Shown: positions 54,196 through 64,000 of the stretch, piece by piece | Layout: every line of letters begins with the position of its first letter | Numbering within the stretch: the stretch's first letter is position 1 | Source of the DNA: Paraspadella gotoi | Taxonomy: Eukaryota > Animalia > Chaetognatha | Assembly: GCA_051294375.1 (NCBI GenBank) | Contig: CM119271.1 | Coordinates: forward strand, 3,441,061 to 3,505,060 | DNA: 64,000 nucleotides | Direction of reading: 5' to 3' | The notes under the pieces: model-generated | What the model was told of the DNA's origin: nothing | The model's database searches: none | The model's input: the letters and a program-made list of their open reading frames with translations, nothing else | Translations under genes and position numbers: made by a program

Positions 54196-57100
54196 CTAGA
54201 AATGTTCATACGATTTAGTAATTGCCATGGAACTATAAGCATTAAAGCTCCTTGGTAAATATGAGGGGGAGCGAAAAAAAATACATGCAATATTTTTTTT
54301 ATTTGAAGGTCCTAAAAAGTTAGTATAAAGAGATTCTTGGGTACCAAGTCCCCAAAAAATAGTTGTACCACCGATACGCGTTGTCTTTTAGCTATTACCA
54401 AAATTATATTAATTAAAAATATCCCCTCGTTTGGACTAGATTTTTAAAATTCACCCAAATTTCGCGCAAGTTTTCACTAGAAAAAAAAATAGTCCTGATT
54501 TTTTAAGAATTCGGCGAACAAGATAACAAAAATGATGCCTGCTTCATAAATGACTCACTATCACATAACCATAACTAAGCTGTAACAAAACGATCCTAAT
54601 TCCAATCTATGTAAGTTGTGGCCAAAAATGAATGCCAAAACTTTAAAGAAGACAAAAAAATTGGAAAAGCAATCTGAACTTTGCCTCGCTACTGGGGGTG
54701 GAGACTTATTATTATCAAAGTGGGGAGGACACTCAAAAAAATTAATGTGACCTGTGACATTATGAAAATCTTCATTCAAATATTTTACTAAACCATTTAA
54801 TTTATTTCGAGGTCGGTACTCGTGAATCCCCTTATGCCTACCAAAATAACTCGTTTCCCTTTTTTTCCAAAGGCCATCATTTATTAGTTTAACGCAATAA
54901 AAATACCATCAGATGGTCTTTCTCCATCCTCAGTAGCGTTAATTACATTAAGGAAAGGACGAGAACATTTTCTTCGAAATTACCGTAAAAACAAACACGG
55001 AGCGCCAAACTAAGATTCTTTTTGCATAAAAATACATTACATCACCCGGGAGAAAAAAAACCATGAGCAACCAAATCGAATGCCATTTCGAAAGGGGAGG
55101 AGATCGGATGTGGGGGGGAGGCGGAAAAAAGAAAGAACTAAAGGGATCGGAGCCCATTTCATCGCTGAAAGAGAGGGAATAGAATTCCGAGAGAATTGGA
55201 ACCGATTGTGATAATCAAACTAAATCGAACTTCCCCCAGTCTCTCGGCTCTTTTCCCATTTCCTCATTTATGGCGTTGGCTTCCCAACGCGTGTTGGTTG
55301 GATTTCCTTGTGGAGCTCGTTAGCGCACCAGTTTTTTTTCCCTTTCCCTTCTCTCTCTCTCTCTCACTCGGTCTTTCTTCTTGGCACCATAAACTTACGC
55401 GTGATATCGTAGACTCGCCATTCCCATTCCTAAATCGACCGAGTTTTATCGTTCTCGAAAACCGAAAACAAACACACACTCGCTCACGAGGTTCCGCAGA
55501 GGGAAAGAGAAAAAAAACCGTTAACGGGCTCCCTTTTCCGAGTTCAAACTCGGCAATTTCCGGTGGGATACCATCGCTTTCTTAGAACCCACTTGAAAGA
55601 TTGGAAACCAATTGTGAGGCTCACGTTAGCCCTACTTGAACAAACAGGCCCACAGGCTGCAGATGTCGATCGAAGAAGAAAGAGGAGGCAACGAGAAGAT
55701 CCCTTCAAAAAAACAAAAAAAAAGCAAAAAAGGGATTCACACTCGTCTTCTATCCTTTTGTCTGCTCCTGCTATTATTAAGCCCAGACAATCCGCAAAAG
55801 AAACATTTTTATTAAGTCGTGCGTTCCTAAATCCATGCCGTTTGGCATTATTTATATACCTATAAAAATTGGTAGATTACTTGCCACTCCATATTATAAT
55901 AAAATTCATGATACTATTACTCGAAAAAAATTTAAGTGTTAGGACAACCAACGCACCAAGTTAGTCTGAAAAAACAAATTCCACAACATGAGAAAAACAT
56001 TGGGCTAAAGTAAAGATTGAGAAGCGCGACACTCTAATCATTACCAACTTTTTAAAGCCCATTACCGAGAGACCCTTCCTCTCTTTCAGTTAAATTAAAA
56101 GTTTAATCACTGCCAACCTTTCTCCACAAAAAAAAAACAAAAAAAAACCTGAGACTATTACCAGGAGGCAAAAGCCGTGACCCGATATCAGTATTCACTA
56201 ACGCCGTAGCCGGAAAAAGGAGGAAACCCTCCCCTCGCTCCTCATTCCTATGGAAATGACGGAGTTTCCTGTCGGAGGCGAATTTTTATGACTCTGAACA
56301 TCTTCTTTTCCCAGTCGTTTCTCCCGGCTCATCTTTGTTTACGTTTCCTCGTTTCACCATCGCACTTCTGGTTTTTCTGGCTCGTTCGCGGTTTCACAAC
56401 AACAACAAAAATCCTCTCGCCAAAACCCCAGTGAAGAATTGATCCGAGGTCGAGGATTTCTCCCTCATGCTTCTTAAACCATGACAAATATGTGTGAACT
56501 TCCGGCGACCACAAAGATTAAACAAAGCCAGAAACTACATATGTTTACCAAGATTTCAGATGAGTTCACGAAAATAAAACGTGCCATCAACTCATACATT
56601 TTTTTCCAATTAAAAATATCATCTTCGAAGCGAATTTTTTCTTGTGTGTCAACGAATAAAGTCTCAATTTAATCATAGACGGGCTGTCACACATCGATTA
56701 CTGAGTAAAACTTACGTTTCACTTAACATTCAGAGCGAAAGGTTAAAACATTTAGTTAAGGTCGCCAAAAAAAGCCTTCACCTCAAACAATTTCTTCTTT
56801 TTCTCAAAAAAAGGAACACATCTGGCTTTAAATTATCTGATGGCATAATGAAGAGTAATAACGGCCGTAAATTGAAAAACCACTAATCATCCTCACAAAC
56901 TCTGAAGCCTTTTTTAATGCCAATTAAGTTGAAAGGCATTTTTAAAAAATTAAGCCCGAGGCCATGGGACGGGATTTTTGTTATGGGGCTACGCTCGGAA
57001 AAAAAGTTAAACAGCGATCCTTTCACTAAATAATGAAACAAAAAAGGCGAACAAAAAAAAGGTTAAAAAAATCCTCGCAGGAAAAAGAGAGACAGAAAAA

Positions 57101-57599
57101 ACTCGCATCATATTTTCTGTGAAAGTTGGCGCGAGCGTGAACGAGGCCAGGACACGAGCAGATACCAGCGCCCGGACGGGGCCCCGAACCACAAGAGGCG
57201 CGTGGATTCTCTGGGGAAAGAAACGTGACGGCGGCGGAGACGACGACGACGACTATTTTACTTGTCTTTTTTTCATCCACTTTCGAAGAAACAGAAAAAA
57301 TGCCTCTTATATTATAGGGCGAAAAGACCCCCAATGGAGGAAAGAATATTCTTTCCGCTTCTGCACTTATATTTACGAACGGTCCTTGGATACTCGTTAA
57401 TTTTTTTTTTATCCTGCCGACCGAACAAAACAAAAACAAAAAAAAAAACAAAAACAAAAACAGACAAAAGAAAAAAACAAAAAATAACTGACAAAAACCT
57501 AAGCTAAGGTCGATTAGCATTTTTTTCAAAATACTGATTTCTTTTCCATGAAAAAGAAAAAGAAAAAAAATATCCACCTTGAAAATATATCAAGTTCGA

Positions 57600-58814
57600 C
57601 GATCATCGAATTCGCGTGTTCACGATCCACACCTCTCTCTCTCTCCCCCCCTCAAAATAAACGCCCCTCTCCGAACCTGAACAGTCTATGCATATTTATT
57701 TCATGCCTTCGATATATTTTTTTTCCTCGTTCCAGAAGGAATACGAGGGGATTTCTTAGGTCGAAAGAAATAAAGCCCACCCTCCCGCTAAGACCGGTAC
57801 ACTCGGCTGATTCATACCCGCCAAATTTCTTTCTCTCGAGAGAAGAGATAGAAAAAGAAAGAGAAAAGAAAAAAAAGTAAAACCAAAGGATCTTAGCGTC
57901 TTATCTCCCCGTAATAACAATAGGCCCCTATTATCTAAGGATTTTGCTGGGGAGTTTCACAACATCGAGAGAGAGAGAGAAAGATTGAAATCTGGTACAT
58001 CGTGGAAATGGAGACTTTGGGGGGAAGAAGCAAAAGAAAAAGTGTAAAAAGGAAAGGGAAAGAAAACGATAAAAGAGAACGGGTCCCGACGACTCTCGAC
58101 TGAAAGGGAAAAGGAGAAACACGACCGCGAATGTAAAAAAAAATTGTAAGAAAACACGACTAATGGTTTTCGCTCTAGTCGACAACCTCTGCCCTCTCGC
58201 CTCGCAAAAATGACTAAATAGAGAATTTTCTCTTTCTTTTTCCTTCTTTTTTTCTTCTTCCCCTTCTCTGTCTCTCTCTCTCTCACAACGTTCTGACAAA
58301 AATCGGGAATGTCCGTCATAGCCCGAGGTCAAGTAGGCCGCCGCCTATTTCCTCATTTGCATCGAGAGGACCATCGGGTTCTTAGATTCTCTCTCTCTCT
58401 CTCTCTCCTTCGATACACAAAAGGTGAGAAATGAGCAGCGAGCACAATCGGGAATAATTTTTTTCCCATTCTTTCCTTCTCTCTCCCTCTTTCTCTCTTT
58501 CTGTCGCTCTGCTCTCGCGCGACAAAAGAAGGAAGGGGAAAAGACCGTCTGGCTCGGTCGGGGTCTTTCCTACATTTTTTTTCCCTCGCTTCGTTAAAAG
58601 GCTTTTAATTTGGCTGTTATTGCGTCGTTAACCCTGTTAGAAAACAGGGAAAATCTGTTATTTACAAAACTTATTTTTACAACATACCTAAAAAACTCGG
58701 TCAGTCCTAGGTTAGGATCACTGGTCAAGCTTATTTAATATTTACCCATCTTCAAGCACCCCCCCTCCAATTTCTTTTCGGATCCGAAATCGGGAGATCT
58801 TTTTACTTTTTTAG

Positions 58815-58855
<41 letters not shown>

Positions 58856-59500
58856 ACTCGTCCATCCTCTCGGGACGGGGAATCATCGCAGCCCCTCCTC
58901 ATCATCCTCTTCGACTCTCCTCGTCCTCTTCCTCCTTCGATCGACGAAACCGCGAATTGTTTGTCAGTCAACAACTTTTTTTTTTCTTACCCTCTCGTTC
59001 TCTTCTCTCTTTCTCAGATTTCACGATTTTCCCTTTCTCGATTCCCCTTGGAAGTCGACGCCGATTTTATTCGTTATTACACATCCAACGTCGCCGTCTC
59101 CTCAGCCTTAATAAAATCAATCTCTCTCTCTCTCTCTCTCTCCTGACTTTCGTCCCCCGATGAAGACGACGAAAGGACGATTATCGGCGATCGCCGCGAC
59201 CCGGCCGCCGCCCCGTCGGCGGAAGCGGCGTTGTTAGTGGGTAAGAGAGAGAGGGTCGTCAACGACGACTTACGGTAATCGCGCACACCTGTGACACGTC
59301 TTTTTCGTCGGCGTCATCGTCGTCGTCGTCAAATCCGCCGGGGCCGAAGGGAACCAGTTGCCCCATTCTCCCGTTTACTGGGACAGCCTTTCGAGTGGTT
59401 TTCCCCCTTAATTGTTCTTCGACGTTAAAAAATTCCCCTTCTTTTCATCTCCGAGTGAATTTCTCGAACACGCCTCTCACTCTCTTTCTCTCTCGTTTAT
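57600..59500. repeat. Cluster of (CT)n/(GA)n tracts upstream of the plus-strand anosmin paralog
   Basis: Runs at ~57633, 58270, 58389, 58816-58853 and 59121-59141. Confidence 0.85.
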
Positions 59501-59761
59501 CGCCGAAGATTTTAAGGATGGAAATACGATTTTTTTCTCCTCAACTCAATATTGGGAATTAAAAAAAATCTGCAAGAAAAAATTTTGTTCAAAAAGAAAA
59601 TAAAAAAAAAGAATATATTCGCCAAGGGAACGCCGAGCACAACCATCGGCTTTTCGCGGGAAATGAATTCGGGCACCGCGAGATCAACGACCCGCTCGGC
59701 CTCCGCTTAATCATTGTCGCCCTCGGCAAGGGACCGTTCCTCGTTCGTTTACTCACTTCAG

Positions 59762-60184
59762 CTCCCGAACTAAGTCGATATCGTCGGCGACGGCGGGCGC
59801 CCAGTACCTCAGCGCGCGCGGCGCCCTTTGCGCGCTCTTGTATTTTCTCTTGATGCCCGGGAAACGGGACGCTTATTCGGCGGTGGCGGCGGCGCCGACG
59901 TCGGAGGACGTGACCCCGCTACTCGCGTCGGCGAGATGTAGGGCAAGATGCCTAGATAAACTAGCGACCTACCTCGGCAGGTTATTACCCGAGTTTGAAG
60001 GGACGAAAAAAGGAGCTCAGAGTCGTTGATCCGAAAGGCTGATAAGAAATTTCTTTTTACTCAGTTTGGAAGAACTTGGATTAAAATCGATTATTTTGCG
60101 GCAGCAGCACACAGCCTCTCTTGAGACTTGTCTTCAAGACCAAAGCTGCTCTTCTTGCATTCGTCCTTGTGATCTCACACCAAG
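59762..60184 (+). CDS. Second anosmin-like gene, N-terminal exons (partial; start codon unresolved, remainder beyond the window)
   Basis: Exons 59762-59980 and 60065-60184 give ALCALLYFLL...LLASARCRARCLDKLATYL...LETCLQDQSCSSCIRPCDL, which aligns with LIAATRCRARCLANLDEYL...LKACLMDRTCAACSRPCDL of the first copy. Confidence 0.8.
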
Positions 60185-61383
60185 GTAGGCTAGAGATTAG
60201 AGAATTGCCATCAAAATATATGCATCGTCTTTTTTCTGCTCGATTTCATAAATTTGGTAACCGATCGACGTAATTACGTCTAGGTTAGTCACGGTAAATT
60301 TCCATAGAAATGAAGTTGCCACGCGTTCAAAGTTATGGACAAAAAACGACAAAAAAATAGCGCCTTCCGAGGGATCAACTTTCGCCGCTCAACGAGCGAA
60401 AAGTGGTTAACATAAGATTTGAACTACGTAGTACTAATCCTTAGTTCGACCGAATCGTCGGTAAAGCCGAAATCCTCGTTCCGGGCCAAATAGAAATTAA
60501 CGGAAAAATTACGGAGCTGACGACGAGAAGAAAGGTTTTGATATAGGAAATGAATTCAATAAGAGAATAAGGTTTACAATTGGATGATGACGACTCCCGT
60601 GGCATCGCCTTTGATCAGTTGCCGCTTTCATCACCACCAGTTAACTCTTTAGTCCTAATTTAACAATAACAACCGCGACAAGAAGACTGAACTTAACCAG
60701 GTCATAACTGACATTTAACCAAGGTAAGGTTACTGATCTTTAACTGACCTTACCTTCCTACTATTGTTTATTGGTTTTCCTTTTTTTACTTACTATTTTG
60801 ATCATTACTTGACTTATAAAAAGTTATCTCAAAACGATGTCAACATGGAGGGATTCATTCCCAGACGAACCGTTGGACGCGGACACTTCTGCCTCAGAGA
60901 AGAGATCTCTCGCGCTAAGCGCCGTCCTTTCCACCGCCTCTAGCTGGCGCCACCCGCCCCGCGGTTGATCTGGCGCCCGAGGTTTTGGAGCTTCTGCGCC
61001 AAAGAGGAGACGCTGAAGGCGTTTCCCTTCTCCAGCCGGATTACCTGCCGCCAATAACTTCTGAGACTTGATTTGACAAATGTCAACCTATGAATGACGT
61101 GCCAAAAAATTTGATGTTAACTTGTTAATGTTTCTGAAAAAATATAATTGTAATTAAATGTTATCATTAACATCAATGATATTTAAATTACTTGGTAATT
61201 TACTAATTATGCTCAGTAACTGGGAATATAAGTGTCTACAGCCCTATTAATATACAAAAAGACGGTGAATCTATTGCAAACAATTATATAAATGACAAAT
61301 AAAAAAATATAAAGCTCTAACTGAGAGAAAAATAATATAAAACAATCTACATGACCAGGTCATCTGCTTGCGAATCATCCCCG

Positions 61384-61586
61384 TGTGGCATTAGATGTTA
61401 ACGAGACGAAGGTTCAGATCGAGAATGATTTGTATTCTCCAACAGTAACAAAGCGATAACAATAACAATACTACGTCTGACTATTTTACAGGACAAAAGT
61501 TAAGGACACGTGAGGACAAGTGTTGAATAACTGAACCAGTTGAAGAGAGAGAATCTTGATCGAGATTTGAAGGTTGCGGTGCCACA
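61384..61586 (-). repeat. 3' LTR (203 bp) of the Gypsy element
   Basis: TGTGGCA...TGCCACA inverted termini, preceded on the minus strand by PPT-like GCGGGGGATG. Confidence 0.85.
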
Positions 61587-64000
61587 CATCCCCCGCTGAG
61601 ACTTTGGCCAGAGGGGAGAAGTCTATGAGAACAGTTGATCGTCTCCTTGTCATTTGGCGGTTGTAACATCGACGGAAGGATTTTACGAGATTGGGGATCG
61701 CTCTCGTTTGTCTTTCCATAATCTTGGTTGAGGAGTGGCGGGTGGGGGTGGGGAACGATTTGTGGGATTGAGATGATGCGTGGTCGCCCTCGCGTGGTGC
61801 TTGAGGAGGAGTTGGGTGAGGGCGTTTCTGTGTCAAGGACTGCCGCTTTAGACGTCGACAGATATTGTTCTATTCCTCGTCCCGGTATTTCGATTTTAAA
61901 TGTTTTCTCGCCTTTTTCGACGATGATATAAGGCCCGTCATAAGGTGGTTGTAGCGGCGTTGAATGGCCATCGCGTCGTATGTATACGCGGCTGGCGTCG
62001 GCGAGCGAGTCTGGGACGTGGCCGGTTGGGGAGGTGTGCACGCGGCCGAAGAGGCTGCAATAGCGGCGACGTCTTGACGGAAGCTCCTCTACGATTTTGT
62101 TTCGTTCAGCGATGTCGACGTCAGTTGACGGCGTTGGGAGGAGTTGTCCCGGGAGTGTTAACGTTTCCCCTAGTGTGAGCTCGGCGGGTGAGATATTGGA
62201 GTCGTCGCGGGGCGTGGCTCGGAGACTAAGAAGAGTCCAAGGGAGTTGCTTCAGCCATTTTCACCGGCGGCGTCGCATTTTGCTCTGAGAGACGACTTGA
62301 GCGTCCGGTGCAGTCTTTCTACCATGCCATTTGATTGAGGATGGTATGCTGTGGTGGTTGCTGGATAAAACCTACTACTGCGGCCACTTGGCGCCACAGT
62401 TCCGAGGTAAATTGTGCTCCTCGATCAGTAGTTACGACGGCGGGGACCCCAAAGCGTGAAACCCAGTATAGAAGGAAGGCGTTGGCTATTGATGCCGCGG
62501 ATGTATCACGAAGTGGCGCTACTTCCGGCCACCTTGTGAAACGGTCAATGATTGTCAGGAGGTGGGTGTGTCCTGAGGCGGGGGGGAGTGGGCCAACGAG
62601 GTCCACGTGGATGTGGGCGAAGCGCCGTGAGGGAGGCTCAAACTGCTGTAGAGGCGTTCGAATATGACGTTGTATTTGGCCCGTTGGCAGGCGTCACAGG
62701 CGGCCGCCCACCGGCCAACGTCACTGGAAACAGAGGCCAGACGAACCTTTTTGAAACAAGGCTTTGGATGCCTTAATTCCAGGGTGGCCAACGTTATGGG
62801 TTGCTTCGAATATACGGCGGCGCCAGTTTGCTGGACGAGAGGACGCGCGCGCGTACCGGAAGTGTCGCAAATGAGAGGAGCGTTTCCGATGAGGATCGTT
62901 TTTAGTTCTAGCCCAGTTTGTGATTGTTGAGAAGGTCTTGGACGTCGTTGTCTGTTGCCTGGTCTGCTGCCATTGCTTCCAGGTTCACACTGAGGGAGCC
63001 AATTGCATTGACTGATGCGATACATCGTCCTTAGCGCGCTTATTGGTAGCATCTGGCTCTGATGATTTTTCTGGAGTTGTTGGGGTGTTTCCGCGGAGGG
63101 TCGTGAGAGGGTGTCCGCGACGACATTGGCTTTTCCCGCAATGTGTCGATGTCGCCTGTGAACTCTGCTATACCGGCAGCTGATAAGTTTGCCGCATTGT
63201 GTGCGGTTCTGCCTTTTTACGGAGCGCTGGGACTAGTGATATATGATCACTAAACAAAGTGAACCGTCGACCTTCAATGTAGGGTCGGAAGTGGCGGATG
63301 GCGCTGTGAGCTGCAAGGAGTTCCTTGTCAAATGGAGGCACTTTTGTTGAGCCGGCTTGAGGCGCTTGGAGAAAAACCCAAGGGGCTGCCATGAAGAGTT
63401 GACGGATTGCTCCAGGACGGCGCCAACCGCGATGTCGGAAGCATCGACAGTGAGGGAGAGAGGAGCGCCATCAACTGGGTGGACTAACATGTTGCATCAG
63501 CCAAGGCATCTTTGATTGTTTGGAAAGCTATATCCTGCTTTGCTTCCCATGAAAACGTTCGGCGTTTTCCACTGAGGAGTTCCAAGAGTGGTGCCATGTG
63601 CTCGGCGGCATGCGAACGAAGCGGCGATAGTAGTTGACCATGCCTATAAAGCGTTGAAGCTCCTTGGTGGATGTGGGCGTGGCCATGTTGCGTATTGCAT
63701 CAACTTTTGATGGAAGGGGACTGACGCCATGGCAATTGACTTGATATCCCAGGAATTCCAAGCTTGATGCGCCGAACACACATTTGGCACGATTGACCAC
63801 AAGACCGTTGTCGCAAGTGTGTTGAAGACTCTCTTGAGGTCTTCAAGGTGTTCCTCATGTGAGTTTGATGCCACGAGGAGGTCGTCCAAATAGACAAACA
63901 CGTGTGGAAATTCCATTGAGGACCCTATCCATCATTCGTTGAAAAATCTTGTGCGGCGTTTTTCAAGCCGAATGGCATGAAATTGAATTCCACAAGCCAA
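61384..64000 (-). mobile_element. Degenerate Ty3/Gypsy LTR retrotransposon (RT-RNaseH-integrase, 3' LTR), probably CsRn1-like
   Basis: VFVYLDDLLV, TVDASDIAVGAVL, FDKELLAA, HVDLVGPLP..LLTIIDRFTRWPE, TTDRGAQF, LQPPYDGPY; many frameshifts; domain order is Gypsy-type. Confidence 0.93.

Noticed and set aside
60290-60516. Possible small MITE (CACGGTAAATTTCC / GGAAAAATTACGGAG)
   Set aside because: TIR match is imperfect, there is no TSD, and it is single-copy in the window
60824-61054. 76-aa minus-strand ORF in a GC-rich patch
   Set aside because: Non-ATG start and no motif; could be a TE remnant or an unrecognised exon, so unsupported

Overview
Compact animal (metazoan) genomic DNA: GC/CpG-rich exons, AT-rich mostly 50-100 nt GT-AG introns. 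The species cannot be determined from the window. From position 1 to about 54,200 every identifiable gene is on the minus strand. In transcription order they are PACSIN/syndapin (3' exons only), a Ser/Thr-rich zinc-finger gene, RAD54B, CHTF18, TPRKB, an orphan ORF, neurobeachin/LRBA, PTRHD1, GTDC1/QTMAN, frataxin, glycerol kinase, a BAH-less ORC1, anosmin-1, and the start of one more gene. Many stop-to-start gaps are only 66-224 nt, and unpaired splice acceptors sit just upstream of the ATGs, which suggests operons resolved by SL trans-splicing (inference). A second anosmin paralog starts on the plus strand (~59.8-60.2 kb), apparently inside a PACSIN intron, and is followed by a degenerate Ty3/Gypsy element. 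The most striking non-genic signal is a set of miniature LTR elements whose LTRs contain tRNA-derived Pol III promoter sequence. It comprises one full TRIM (LTR-PBS-internal hairpin repeats-PPT-LTR, 4-bp TSD), solo LTRs of two families with 4-bp TSDs, and a related tRNA-headed element. The first family shares termini and a PPT-like junction with the Gypsy element in this window. A nested foldback/MITE cluster fills a CHTF18 intron. Exon boundaries were read by eye and not computed.
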